Shown: positions 1 to 16,799 of the stretch, one piece after another
Position numbering within the stretch: the stretch's first letter is position 1
Layout: every line of letters begins with the position of its first letter
Assembly: GCF_009914755.1 (NCBI RefSeq)
Contig: NC_060926.1
Reading direction: 5' to 3' (one strand)
Length of the DNA: 64,000 bases
Source: the human T2T-CHM13v2.0 reference genome, Homo sapiens
Notes under the pieces: model-generated
Seen by the model: the letters and a program-made list of their open reading frames with translations, nothing else
Database searches by the model: none
What the model was told of the DNA's origin: nothing
Translations under genes and position numbers: made by a program

Positions 1-129
1 CCTTGCCTCTTTTGGGGATATAAATGATTTTATAATTGCTTTTATTGATTGTATTTTATATCTGATCAGTGTTGTCTGAAAATATCTGCAGGAAAAAAAA
101 AGTAGCTCTTATTTAAAAGGAATTACATT

Positions 130-2010
130 TACTCTATCAATTTGGGAATTATTGCCTTTTAACAATAACAAGTCTTTCAGTCTGTGAACATTAAATAAAT
201 TTTTGTTTATTTGGTTTTCTTTATTTTTTAATCATATTTTATAGTTTTCAGTGTACAAGTTTTACACTTCTTTTGTTAAATTTATCCCTAAATATTTTAC
301 TTCTTTTGATGCTATTGCAAATAGAATTGTTTTATTCATTTCATTTTCAGATTGTTCATTGCCAGAATGTAGAAATACAAATGATATTTGTATATTGAGC
401 TTACGGCTTGTGACCTTTCCGAATGCACTTATAAGCTCTAGTATTTTTATGAATTCCTTACTATTTTCTATGCATATGATCATGTCATCTGCACATAGAG
501 ATTTTTATTTCTTTCTTTACAATCTGGATATTTTGAATTTTTCTGTTGCCTAATTTTGCTAGTTTTAATTTCCACCATAATATAATATTAAGTAGAATTG
601 ATGACAGTAGACAGCTTCACCTTATTTCTGAATTTACTTACTGTGATGTTAACTGTAGAGTTTTTAAAATTATATGTTAGACATCCTTTATTGGATCAAG
701 ACATTTTCTTCTAGTTCGTTGAGTTTTTAAAAAAGATGAAACAGTGTTGAATTTTGTCAGGGTTCTTTTTTTCCAGTTTTTATTGGAATGATCATGTGCT
801 TTTTGTCTTTTCTTCTATTAATATGGGGTATTACACTGGTTAATTTTTGTTTATTGAACCAACCTTGCATTCATAGAATAATTTCACTTATTCATGATGT
901 GTATTTCTCTTTATGTTATTAGATTCAGTTTGCTGGTATTTACTTGAGGATTTATGAAACTCTATTAATACAGAACATTAGTTTACAGAGTTTTAAAACT
1001 ATGTTTTCATGGTTTTTATATTGAAGTACTACTGGCCTTATCAAATGAATTCAAAAGTGGTTCCTCCTCCTCTTGTTTTTGAAAAAGTTTGAAAGTATTG
1101 GTGTTTATTAAAACCTCGGGACTACATGCCTTCAGTAGTGTGGTCCTGAGATTTTCTTGGTGAGAAGTTTTTTGATTGTTAATTCAATGGTTGTGATTCT
1201 ATTTCAACTTGCTGGGTTTTTTTCTTGAGTAAGTTTTGCTGGTTTGTGTCTTTCTAGGAATTTTCCCATTTTATCTGAGTTATCTAATTTGTTAACATAT
1301 AATGGCTCATGCTCATGGTGTTTTCACAAAATCTTTTTGTTTTTGTAAATTCTGTAGGAATGACCTATTCTTCATGTTTTATTTAGTAATTTAATTCTTC
1401 TCTCTCCTTTTCTTGTTCAGTCTATATAGTGGTTTGTCAATACTGTTGATCTTTTCAAAAAACTGTCTTTTGATTTTGTTAGTTTCCTCTACTGTTTTTT
1501 ATTTTTATTTCATTTAATCACTGAAACCTCTATTATTTTCTTCCTTAGCTTGCTTAAAAAAATTTAATGCAGCTATTTACAGCTATAGGTTTCTCTCTGT
1601 GCATGTCTTTAGCTTTCTTTCACTTATTTCAGTATACTAGAGGAATGGGTGTTTATACTTGTTACATTTTCTAGGTAATTGGACTCATCATTATTAAATA
1701 TTTTTCTTTGTTGCTACTATTTTTGTCTTAAATTTTATTTTGTGTAATATTCCTATAGTAATCCCAGTTCTCTTTTGATTATTCTTCACGTGATATATCT
1801 TTTTTCATCCTTTTACTTCCAACCTATTTACATAATTAAATAAACAGTGTGTTGATTTTATAGGTAGTACAGTTGAATAGTTTTTTTAAAATCCATTCTG
1901 TCAATCTCCATTTTAACTGGAGAGCTTAATTCATTTAAATTTAATGTAATTACTGCTAAGGTAAGGCTTACATCTTCCATTTGCTATTTCTTTTCTATAT
2001 ATCTTGTATC
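130..2010 (-). mobile_element. Old LINE-1 (L1M-type) ORF2 fragments
   Basis: T-rich antisense L1 motifs (gaaatacaaatgatatttgtatattg, atcatgtcatctgca, ttgaaccaaccttgcatt). Minus ORF 262-483 (SFVFLHSGNEQSENE...KYLGINLTKEV) is ORF2-like. Boundaries approximate. Confidence 0.85.
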
Positions 2011-3867
<1,857 letters not shown>

Positions 3868-5072
3868 GAATTCCAGGTTCTATATGCTCCTCATCTATAT
3901 ACTTTCAGAAAGAGAGATTTTGATGGTTTGGACAGGTAGTATTCAGTATGGATTTCCCCTGGAAAATGGCCACATTAGAGGGTTCTGGAAATCAAAAGAG
4001 CTTCTTTTAAGTCAAGCCGTGTTGTTCGCCTAACTAGGAAAACAGTCATCTTTTGTTTCCTGCAAAGGGGGAAACAAAAATATGGCAGTTACTGAAATAA
4101 TCATGTTATGGCCATTGGAACACATATATAGGCTATAAGAAAAAAATGGTCTATAGGTTTATTTTAAAAATCTTGATATTTAAAAATTTTGCTATTCAAA
4201 GACGAGTGCTATGCATTATCTGTCAATGTGTTATGGTTCCTATTATTGCAGATAATGTTTTGTGAACATATGAATTTAATGCTTGGTGAATGCAAAAATT
4301 ACTAAATAAACACTCAACCCAATGAATAATTTAACCCTGTCTTGTACTTGTATTTAATGAATATTATTATGTCAGGTAGATAATGGGAATTAACAAATCA
4401 GTTCCACCTTTGATTTTGAAGAATAGTCCTCGTATGGCCGCAAAGAACATTTATGCATTCAACTGTCTTTGCCAAACCCAGCTTTATTTCAATCTTACAG
4501 GAATATAATGTTCGACAGAGTTCAGTTTTTTTTCTAGAAATCAAAGAAGAAAAATAACAAATTCCACAGGACAATCAGAAACAATCACTGATTCTGTTTT
4601 CCCATAACCCTCTTTTTATCCTGAACTAAGAAATTGTATTAAGACGAAAATTCATCCCATACTCAGGTTTACCATATATTGCAGAGGGTGTAGGTGAGAG
4701 TTTAAGAAAATTGCATAGTTTGAACACAGCAATATGTATGGATATAATAGCAACATATAAATTATGTTCATATTATAGTATGGTATCATAGAGAACCTTA
4801 CCAAATCTCTCCCTCTTTCTCTCTCTTTATCTCTTTCTCCAGTTCATATTTGTTTAATATTGGGGAGAATATTTTCCAGTGGACTCTTAACAAATGTGCA
4901 GAACTCTACTCAGGCAGTTATTCTCTGAGTCTTAGGCTGTCAGAACAATACCCCAGATTTCACGTACTCAAGTCTAACATTATTTTGCCAATTACAGCCC
5001 TTCCCCGCTGAAATCCCATTCAACTTAGTAACTCAAGGGTTCAGACATTACATTAGAGAAATATGAATACCC

Positions 5073-5445
<373 letters not shown>

Positions 5446-6699
5446 TCAATGCAATGACATACAGCATCTAGTATACACTAGCAGATTAAAATCATGAACA
5501 CTACGCAGAGATACAGATCTAACATTTGGGGTATTAGTTAACATCCTAACATTGTGGTATTAATGAGACACTCATTAATTTCATGTATATTAACACTTCA
5601 TTTCTCTTGACTGTGGATGAATGATCATCCTTGGATAGGGACGGGGTGTACAGTTGGGAGTCATGCCATTTCTGCTCTGAAATAAACAGGGTCTTAGAAA
5701 CTGTTTCTCAAAAATGTGAGTATTCATATGAAGTTATCTAAAGGAAAAATACTTTTATCTCATGAACTCAGTTTATATGCAATGATTTTAATAATTCGCG
5801 TTTCATAGAGAAAGGGAGAGAGAAAGAAAGTTTTTTGTTCTTTTCTGGTCCAAAAAAGGCGATAAGTTTGGAGGAGAAGATGTTTTCATTTCAGTGGTTG
5901 TCTGGATTAAATAAAATGGTCAGAATCCCCTAGAAGGTCAAGAGGCATATTGGCAGTTAATCTACACTGTAGAAGAGGAGAGACATAATAATGGGAGATA
6001 CGGTGGTCAGTAATTAGTTGACATCATTTACATTTCCTTTCCTGTCTATTAATAAAATATACTCCAGTGTCATAGCCTACACTATCTCACCTGTTTATTG
6101 AAGACATTTCAATTATGTTTGATTCTACAAATTGTGGTACAGGATCACTTTAATACTGCACTAACACATTTATGACATATTACTGCACCTATTGTGAGCC
6201 TGCTGTAAGAACATTGTCAGAGGCCTCTACTGAGTTTGATCAGCATTCATGTTAAATTTTTATTGTATTTCTATGAGAAATTTAACTGTTTACTGTAAAA
6301 AAAGTATGAGGATACCCTTAGATCTAGAAAGGAAGAATAGTTACATATTCGCTTAGATGTGTTCAGTGTATGCACTATGAAGCTCCAACAACAAATGTGT
6401 CATTGTCAGCAAATGTCAAGAAACCTGGAACTGGCCGCTTACAGATGGTAATAGTTCAAGTATTTGATCTCCAGTTTACGTCTGAGGCTCACACTCTGGA
6501 AGACAGTGATTGCCAGAACAAAAGGATTCCAGTCTTTATATTTGAGGTATTCCTTCCTTCTAACCGAGGTCTGAGGACCAGTTACACCCCCTGAGGGTAC
6601 TGAAAACTGTATGTTAAAAAAATATTAGCTTTGTTAACTGCAGAAATTGGCTTCATTAAACAAAGCAAACAACAAAAGTTCATTCAAATTTACCAAACA

Positions 6700-7550
6700 G
6701 AGATTAAAATGTTACATAACAACAAAAATACAAACCTTCCTAATTATGAAAAGAAATTTCAAAATATAAAAGAACAAATAAGCATATCACATAATACACA
6801 TAATTCTAAAAGAGATTAGGTTGAATGGAAAGAAAATTATCAGCCTTATTAAATGTGAATGGGGTTAGCTCACTTGTTAAAAAGAAAAAAAAATTTCAAT
6901 TTCACTTGCAAAAAAGACAACTATATGCTGTATATAGGAAATACTTCTATACCAAATTATTTTAAAGAGCTAAAAATAAGGGATGAGCAAAGATATACCA
7001 AACTGAAATAAAAAGAAATCATGGGTAGTGATAGCAATATTAAAAAAAGTAGAGTTTAATCCACAAAACATTAAATGTTAGAAAAATAAAAGAATTTAAT
7101 AATAAAACTTACGTTTTAAATGGAGAAATAATGCATATGAATATCTATACACAAAATAGTGCATCAACCACTTAAATAAATCAAAACTTTCCAGATATGC
7201 AAGAAGACATAGAAACACACAAATACTAGAAAATATTAATACTTTGCTCTCAGTACAAGTCAGATCAAATAGGCTTATATGATTATATATTGAATTTACA
7301 CACTAGTTATAGAAGACAGTTACAAAAGTTATCTTTTGTAACTGTCTTTTCAGTGTATATAAGACAGTTACAAAAGTTATCATAATTTGTCACAAATAAC
7401 AGAAAAATTTATAAAGTAAAAGTATTGCTATCAATACTTTTCAATTACAATGTAATAACATGAGACATTATTAATACAATTTAAAAAGCCATTCAAGCTA
7501 AACATTTTATAACTTTCTATTTTAAATAATTCTGAAAGAGAACATTGATA
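6700..7550 (+). mobile_element. Ancient L1 (L1ME-type), ORF2 endonuclease region
   Basis: A-rich, with aaatgtgaatgg...ctatatgctgtatata-type endonuclease-region motifs; heavily diverged. Confidence 0.65.
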
Positions 7551-7559
7551 GTCAAAAGA

Positions 7560-7995
7560 TAGAGAATTGTAAAGTTTTCTTCATGCAGGCTATGAACATT
7601 TCTTGTCAAATTTAATTCTAGGTTTTTTTAAAAAAATTGTTTCTATTTTAAGTGGAGTTTTACTACCATTATATTCTTAATATATACAATTTCTCTCTTG
7701 TTATATCCTCAATAAAAGGTTATTGTTTGTATATATGAATGCTCTTGATTTATGTATGTTAACTTTATAATTTGCTATTTTATTAAATTCTTGTATGATA
7801 TGAATCAGGTTTATCATTGATTGTCTACAATTTTTCAAGCACATAATCATATAATCTGTCAATATAAGTATTTTAAAGTAATTTACTGCCATTTATATAC
7901 CTTTGATTTCTAGCTCTTTTCTAACTGCATTGGCTAATACAATGTTGAATAGTAGTAGAAATATGGATGATCTTGTCCTATTCCTAAGCTTAGCA
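7560..7995 (-). mobile_element. Old L1M ORF2 fragment
   Basis: Minus ORF 7701-7892 (QEFNKIANYKVNIHKSRAFIYTNN) resembles ORF2. Confidence 0.75.
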
Positions 7996-7999
7996 GTGT

Positions 8000-8420
8000 T
8001 AGAATGGAATTAAAAATATAAATGTGAGCTCATAAACTTTAATACATAAAAAGAGCTAGATATAAAAATGGATGACAATCTCTGTGGGTGTGTATACATG
8101 TGTATGCACATGCACACGTGTATGTATGTATAAATATACATACATTTGTTTCCAAGCCTCTATACTGAGAGCATCTAGAAAGAATAAAATCCAGTAGCAA
8201 TGAGCATATCTAGTACTCTGATCTTGGTTTTCCATTATGGGAAACCAAGTGTCCTCAAATAAATGGCTGATTACAAGGCTGAGGCATATACCAAGAATAT
8301 TTTTTTTGTACCCCAAGTAAAATGGGGTTCAAAAAATTATAGGGACATACCAAACTGATATAAGGAGACAAATCGAAGAGTCTGCCACTGGTCAAATATA
8401 ACACAATTATGAACACATGT
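8000..8420 (+). mobile_element. L1MC/MD-type 3'UTR fragment
   Basis: ccagtagcaatgagcat...atcttggttt...aaatggctgatt motif. Confidence 0.6.
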
Positions 8421-8471
8421 ACTTCTCTTTAACATAGCATCAAGAAAAAATGTAGAAGTCATAAAGTTAGT

Positions 8472-8530
8472 GACATAATTTGACTCTGTGTCTGCACCCA
8501 AATCTCATCTCCAATTGTCCCCAGGGAGAC
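8472..8530 (+). mobile_element. MaLR (MST/THE1) LTR 5' fragment
   Basis: tgacataatttgactctgtgtctgcacccaaatctcatctccaattgt matches the MST/THE1 LTR start. Confidence 0.6.
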
Positions 8531-8534
8531 AAAA

Positions 8535-8925
8535 TAGCTCTGCCATTTTCATTTCCCCCAACAGTATCCTGAGAATTCTGCATCATCTCCATCACTTGGT
8601 ATAGTGTCTTGTAATTTTAGTCATTCTAATAGCTATGTAATGGTGCCTCACTGCGGTATTAATTTCATTTCCCTAGTAACTAATGATGTTGAACACCCTT
8701 TCATAGGCTTCCTTGCTGTCCAAATATCTTATTTGGTGACATGTCTGTTCAAACATTTTTTTTCATTTTTCGTTGGGTTGTTTGTTTACTTATTATTTAA
8801 TTTTGAGAGTTCTTTATATATTTTGGTTATGAGTTACTAATCATATAAGTGATATTCAAAAAATTTTTCCCAAGTCTGTTGCTTGAATTTTCGTTACCTT
8901 AAGCAGTGTCTTTTAAGAGCAAATT
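8535..8925 (-). mobile_element. Old L1M ORF2 3' fragment
   Basis: ttttagtcattctaatag...atttccctagtaactaatgatgttgaacac. Confidence 0.8.
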
Positions 8926-8928
8926 ATT

Positions 8929-9144
8929 GGCCTGGTGCAGTGGCTCACACCTGTAATCCCCAGTAGTTTGGATGACCAAGGTGTAAAGAGCCTTTGAGGC
9001 CAAGAGTTTGAGACCAGCCTGGGAAATATAAGGAGATTCCATCTCTACCAAAAGTTTTTAAAAATTAGCTGGCATGGTGGTGCACACCTATAGTCCTAGC
9101 TGCCTCAGAGTCTGAGGCTGGAGGGTTGCTTGAGCCTGGAAGTT
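8929..9144 (+). mobile_element. 3'-truncated AluJ
   Basis: Left monomer plus part of the right monomer; no tail. Confidence 0.85.
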
Positions 9145-9549
9145 CTTTTTGTATATGAATATATAGTTTTTCCAGCTCCATTTATTGGCAATAATTTAAT
9201 TTTGAAATTTTCAGTAACATTAATGGAGGTCATTGATTCTGCTTTTGTTTATCAAAATGAGAATAGGTTACAAAATGTTGAAATACACTGGTCTAGTTTA
9301 TGGAAGATATTTTTACTGACCTATCACTACTTACTAACATTCAAAACTAAATTTTAAAAATGGTCACTGTTTTATTTTTTTGACTATTTTAAATATCTCT
9401 TCTTTCTTTTCCTTCAGCCCAGATGGTTTACTTGTCTAAAAATTAACTATACTAAAATTTTTTAACTCTAATGTACTATCAATTCTATAAATCTTACATC
9501 TATTTTGGTTCAGTAACCTTTATGGGAAAATACAATTATTTCATTTGTT

Positions 9550-9810
9550 TTTAGTTCATTTTATTAATTCATTTATTCAACTGATAATGTTCAACAAAAC
9601 ATCATGTGCTCAGCAGACACTGTATTAGAGAAATGTCTCAAATAGCACAAGTGCTAAAAGTACTTGCATTGGGGTAGAGAGGTATTTTCTAAACCATTCC
9701 AGCTCTCTAGAAAATGGAGATGATAATCTCATAGAGCAGATATGAGGATTAAACAAGATATTATAAACAGGGGTTAGTACAGTACCTGACAGTCAGGACT
9801 CAATGGGGGT
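9550..9810. mobile_element. L2 3' end followed by a MIR fragment
   Basis: ttcatttattcaa motif, then aaaatggagatgataat...gaggattaaa MIR core. Confidence 0.55.
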
Positions 9811-10539
9811 TTGAGGAAGTTATATTTATTTCAATTAACAGTATTAGCACAGTTTTCTATGATTTTTAATGGATTTCAAATATATTGAGTAATTTAGCAG
9901 TATCACTGGAAGAAACAAGGTATAAGGAAAAAAGTGATTGCAATATCATAATAAATAAAAATTTTAAGTGAGTATTATTTTCCTGCCTATAAACAATATC
10001 CTTAACTCTGAGAACCTCAATTTACTCAAGTGACCAGCAGGTGCACAGGCATATTTTGTTGATATTCTGGGCCAGGCCATTAGATGCATCATGTATTGAT
10101 ATTTTAGATAGACAAAATGAAGACTAGAGGAGCCTCAATATTGCAAGGTAAAAGGGACTACCTCTTTATTTTAATAATTTCATCCTGAAAATAACACTGA
10201 GGAAATGGGAGTGGATTTCCTCAGTCCCCTTCAACTCTAAGACACTTGGGAAAAATACAAAACTGAGCAATGTGTTCAACTGCATTCAAAGAATTTTCAC
10301 ATTTTATTGCTTTATTCGAATTATATTGTATATGGCTAACAATAATATCACTTTTGTTACTAGTATATATAACAGACATGTCATTGTAAAGAACACCAGA
10401 AATGTCCACCGTTTGTGACCTTCAGCCTATTCTTTAATTTTCTGGTGTCACAGGCATAATTTGTGGCCAAGCTTTATTATTGATACTAGAATTTCCTTTT
10501 ATAGATAATGTACACCTGGGCTCATCCTGTTAAATAGTA

Positions 10540-10750
10540 AAATAATAATAATAATGGAGAGCTTTCAGTGTATTTGTATTTTAACCCCATAAGAACTCTA
10601 TTACACAGGTATTATTTTAATAATGTTTTATGTTATAAAGCCAAAGCTCAGAGAATTTAATTAACTTACACAAGATTGCAAAGTAACAGAACCAGTAATC
10701 AGGCCTAGAAAGTGTGATAACAGAACACTTGTGTTCAACCATCCTTCTAG
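10540..10750 (-). mobile_element. MIR
   Basis: aagctcagagaatttaattaactt...caag antisense MIR core. Confidence 0.55.
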
Positions 10751-10879
10751 CTGATAGATATCAGTTAAAGACCCTATTAAACTTTGGAACAGTTTAAATA
10801 GAGAAAACTAAAAGCAGAACTGGGGAGACATGTTTATGTTAAACTTGTTATTTTATGACCACTGTTTGAAAATCCCTAG

Positions 10880-11201
10880 TTTTTCTTTTTTTTCTTTTTT
10901 TTTTTTTTTTTTTTTTTTTTGACGGAGTTTCACTCTTGTCACCCAGGCTGGAGTGCAGCGCACAATCTTGCTCACTGCAACCTCCGCCTTCCGGGTTCAA
11001 GAGATTCTCCTGCCTCAGCCTCCCAAGTAGCTGGGATTACAGGTGCCTGTCACCAAGCCCGGCTAATTTTTTGTATTTTTAGTAGAGACAGGATTTCACC
11101 ATGTTGGCCAGGAATGGTCTCGAACTCCCAACCTTAAGCGATCTGCCCTTCTCGGCTTCCCAAAGTGCTGGGATTTACAGGCATGAGCCACCGCGCCCGG
11201 C
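10880..11201 (-). mobile_element. AluS (Sq/Sx-like)
   Basis: Poly(T) and full dimer; degenerate TSD aaaatccctaRtttt on both sides. Confidence 0.93.
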
Positions 11202-12289
11202 ATAAAATCCCTAATTTTCAATGCTTCCACAATTGGCATGGTTCATCTTCATGATGTAAAACTAATACCATTTTACATTATTATCATTCTGAGGTCTTGA
11301 ATTTAGAGAGTTACTAAGAGACACAATAGTACCGTGCAACTATTGCCTTTTTCTCACTACTGTCATTATAAAACATTGATAGAGAGAAATGGGTGGTTCT
11401 TATACCGATAATCCCAGAAGTATTTGTCTCTTCCTCAGTGCTTTCTTTTCTTCAAAACACACAGCCTGATATTGGGGAAGCATTTACTAGAACATTCATG
11501 GGCGAGCCAGAATGACACCTTTCCATTAAGAGGCAGCCTGACCATTCTGTAGATTCTAGAAGAAAAGCCAAATTTGTTCCATCTTAACATTCACTAAAGA
11601 CTCTTAAACACCTTTCAGATAAATTATTCACATGCTGTTCTTTGGGCTGCTGTTAGACCAGAATCTAAACAATTCTGAAACATTTACACTTCAAGTTCGG
11701 CAATTTCCCTGACCGTTTTCCAAACTGTTGATCCTTTACCACTTATATGATTCCTTGGACACTAGCATCTTGTAACTGATATATCAGTGGATTCTGTAAC
11801 TTTGGTCCTTTCTGATATATAGAAAGAAGACTCACTTCCAAGCTTTTTGAGTCCCATTATTTATGATCCCAATGCTGCCAACATTAATACACATACCTCA
11901 GTTTGATGGTGCAGTGAAGGATTACTTCTTCCAAAAGCTAGATAATAAATGAAAATTCAGCCTTAGTCTTTGCAATTCAAATAGCTCATTCACCACCATC
12001 TGGACAACATTTTCTGTAATGCTTTCTGGAACAGAGATTCTTACAAAAAATATCACAACCCAGTTTTCTATTATAACATGCCTATACTAGTGGTAGTATA
12101 CTTCTCATAAATAAATAAATATGACTACCTAAAAACATTTGTGATCTCTTTCCCATTCTCTCTCTCTCTCAGCCTAAAAGTACAGCTGTCATCTTGTAAC
12201 TATAACCTGGTAAGGTATATATTACTATCACCCCCAGTATTCAATATCTTCAATATCCTTGCATCATTAGTACTTGTAAAACTATACTC

Positions 12290-12510
12290 TTTGGTCTAGT
12301 GTTGATTTTGGTCAATGAAGTGTGGATGGAAATGACATGTACCTCTTCCAGGATGAAGCAGTCATTGCATGGTGAGGAGCTGCCAAGGAGATTCGCTTAG
12401 ATGCACAGTGGACTTGGAATGAACAAAATAAACTTTGGTTATGTTGAGCCCCTGAGATATAGGGGTTCTAAAATATCATAGCATGTGCTAGGCCATTTTA
12501 ACTAATAAAA
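12290..12510 (+). mobile_element. MLT1-type MaLR LTR fragment
   Basis: tttggtcaatgaagtgtgg...aataaactttggttatgttgagcccctgagat. Confidence 0.6.
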
Positions 12511-12728
12511 CATAGGATGAAAACTGATGCATTAAAGATACTGTAGCAGAAAGGTTGAAATAGCCTTATTTCCAAAGGCAGTATTGAGCATCAGGACCAG
12601 CCCTGGACTGCCAGCTTCCAGATTTCTTATTGAGTAAAGATACGAAGAAAAACTTTTAGTTAAATGATTTAGTTGTATTTGTTTCCATTTGCTTTCTTTC
12701 ATATTTTGCAGCTGGAAACGTTGCAAAA

Positions 12729-12745
12729 TAGATAGATAGATAGAT

Positions 12746-12790
<45 letters not shown>

Positions 12791-12878
12791 GCACAGATAT
12801 ATAGATGAGAGAGTTATAGACATAGATACAGATATAGATGTAGATAGATATGGAGTTATCGATATAGATACAGATAGC
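12729..12878. repeat. (TAGA)4 TGA (TAGA)9 STR with a degenerate GATA-rich extension
   Basis: Read directly from the sequence. Confidence 0.95.
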
Positions 12879-12880
12879 TA

Positions 12881-13614
<734 letters not shown>

Positions 13615-15479
13615 TATATATTTGATATTCCCATACATGAGATACAATATACAATATATACTATCTCATGTATATATATATATATCTCATATATATATTC
13701 TCTATCTCTTCATGCTACTGCATAGCACAGTATAACACATAAATGTTTATCTCATTATCTGTCTTGTTCTTGGACATTTGACAGTTATTTTTATCTCAAT
13801 GATAACCCAGATAAATAACCTGCACCTGTATTACCACTGGAGGAGATATTGGGCTAGATGACCCTGAACACATCATTGAAATTCAGGAAATCTATCCTTG
13901 CTTCATAGTGTAATCTTTGCTGCTTTACAGTAGTCTCACTCTTTTTTTCACTCTGCTGAGAGCGTGAAGAGCAACAATTGCTCAACATGTGAAAACTGTG
14001 TTCCTTTTTGAATAATACTATTCTGCAATGTGAAAAAATTCAGTTCTACTCATTTATGCCAGACTGATGTATGCTTTATTAATTTCACTGGATGAATTTA
14101 AGAACTAACAAAGGACAAACTTGCAAAACAAAATAAACTGTTTGTTTCTCTTTTTTCTTGTCTCAAATCCAACAGCTTTTCAGATTTACTTTCCATTTAT
14201 TAGAACAGATTGAAATTACTTATTGAAATTTCTTAACACTCTTTTATAAGCCCAATGAACAGATGTAATTGTGCTTGGTAGATCAATTCATCCATTGCAC
14301 CATGCCCTGAAAATATGCTAGGGTTACCAAATAACAGCAAATAGCCTGGTTGCTTAATTATTTCAAGTAGCTTGATGCTTTTTGAGAGAAGTAATCAATT
14401 TAAAATAAAATAAATCTTCAAGTTGGACAATCTATCCATTAGTTAGATTTTCTTTGCCTAAACTCACATTTCAAATTGATGGGCATAAATTTATTATCTA
14501 TACAATCTACTGATAGAATCTTATCAGCATAATGCATGTTAACATCTCCATTATTAAAATTCTACCAAAACCTGAAATACTAGAGAGGGCGGGCATGAAT
14601 AATCATTTAACGTTAATTCTAATAACAAGTTTATCTATCAGAAGAGGGAAATTCTATTATTTTATCTTCACTTCTACAAACAAGAAGTACCTTGAAGTAT
14701 GTCAATGAATCATGTGTACATCAGTGTAATATCTTAATATGTCTTCATTCTTGAGGTATCAGAGCATATATTTATGTTTCTCTTGGCTCTATTATCTTTT
14801 GCAGTAAAATGGCAGTGTACAAAATGCAAAACATGCCATTCAATTCAACCAATATCTACTGAGATCTGATTCAGTGGTCAGTACAGGATTTTTAATGTTC
14901 CCCAGGTAATCCTGTTGGAACATATCTAAGTCCAGTGAAATTTTTATTTAATTAAATCAATCAAATCACGTTTGTGACAGTATATTCTACTTCTTTCTCT
15001 ACTAATAGTACATAGTCTTTCCAGGAATAGTAATGTTCATTTTACAGACTTATCCAGTTCCCTTTATGTAGCAAGGGATCTCAAAAGTATTTGTTTATGG
15101 AAGTAATAATAAATTGATGCTTTTTATGTGAATATGTAAATGATGAGAAGGAATCTTTAAAAGAGCAACTTGAGGTGTGGTTAATGATCCCAATTTCTGT
15201 GGATATATCTCTAGATTCAGAGAGTAAATATGAAGAGACAATAAGAAAAATTTTTTGTATGATTCTTCAAGAATACTATGGGTTTGGCATGAGCATCCAC
15301 ATGCCTTATTTGTTGAGAAGACTCTCTAGCCAGGCATTGGTTAATATACTCAACTCAACAAACTCTAAACATGAGTCAGTGTTGATTCATTGGCACTACA
15401 TAGAGATGAAAGAATCACTATACATAAGGGGATTGCATAAGTTTATTTTGCTAATAAGAGTTAATTTTTGTGGCATGAA

Positions 15480-15700
15480 TAAAATTAAATAAAAACTTGA
15501 AATCATGATCGTAATTAACCTTTGGAGAGAAGGAGAAGGGCCTGAGAAAAGTTTCTATTGTTCTGACAATATTTTATTTCTTGACATAGATGACATTTAA
15601 TGGGTGTATCTACTTTAGATAACTTATCTGTACAGTCATTATTTGTTAACTTTTCTCTATGAATGAACTATTTTAATATCTAAGTTTTATTTCAAAAAAG
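15480..15700 (+). mobile_element. L1ME 3' end fragment
   Basis: aatattttatttcttgac...tgggtgtat...ttttctctatg motif. Confidence 0.5.
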
Positions 15701-16165
15701 GATATAGATAAATAAGGATTTCTATCATGAAAGACGATGAGTTCAGTTTTAGATGTTTGAAGTTGTAAAGACAATCATGAAAGTACACAATAAAAAATTG
15801 GATCTGTATCCTTTAATTTCAGGGAACTATGCTAGGTTTGACATTAAGGTTTTTAGAGTTTTCATGATATAGTTCCATTAGAATTAACAAAATAGTTAAG
15901 AATTTATGATAAGGAAGCATGACCAGAACAAAGCCTTGGAATGCAGTCAGATATGCAATTAGTGTAAGGTGCCTTTTTGTTTAGCATTATCTTCCATACA
16001 TCTCATAAAGAAAGATGAGTAGCCAAGAAAAAAATTCGGTCAGTTGACAGAAATAATAAAATATCAATTTTTAATACTTAAGTTTTGTTGATGAGGCTTA
16101 TAAATGTAGTTGTAGAATAAATGAAAAGAGAAACTTCTTAAGAAATTGGGATTGGTAAACATTAC

Positions 16166-16582
16166 TGTAGTGAATGCTATAATGCACTATCTAGATTCCC
16201 TTCAGAAGTGAAGTACTTACTTGTCCAGCAGGTGGAAGTGCGGTAGGCAGACAGCCTTGAACTCTTAAACCTCAACAAGCATTACAGTGGTTGAAGAGGA
16301 CTGCCTCACTCAAGTTCACCCTCCCTTCCCAAGGTCTGTACACAATAACTGATGTGTATTGGGGTTAAAGATCCAGGCTTCTTGTCCTAACTCAAGACAA
16401 CTCTGAAGAGTCATCTTAGCTTTAGAATTCTCCATAGGATTAGCTGAGCCTCCAGTGTGACTGTATCAAAGCTCAACTTCTTCCTCTGCCCAATCCTGCT
16501 TTGTAAACTCCATAGGTGTTGATCACAAGGAAACCTCTTCATGTTAATTTACATCTGCTCTTCAAGGAGCCTAAATTGCAAT
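16166..16582 (+). mobile_element. LTR16A-like ERVL solo LTR
   Basis: tgtagtgaatgc start; gacaactctgaagagtcatc, tcaacttcttcctctgcccaatcctgc and ggtgttgatc motifs. Confidence 0.75.
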
Positions 16583-16799
16583 AATTGCCCAATACTGCAG
16601 AAATATGGCATAAAAATATTTTTTAAGAAATTTGCTGCAAAATAATCTTTTATAATATTTTTGAGCACAGCTTCAGGGCTGGTACATATAATAGTTACAA
16701 AAAAATGACTTGTCATACTGTACAAAAAATGAATGGTATTTGAAAAAACTCATTCTTCAAGTATAGATGGTTTTTAAGAGAATATTTTTCTGTAAAGAC

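Noticed and set aside
16222-16240. CTCF-like ccagcaggtggaag in the LTR16A-like element
   Set aside because: It lacks the near-invariant C after GG, so the match is weak.
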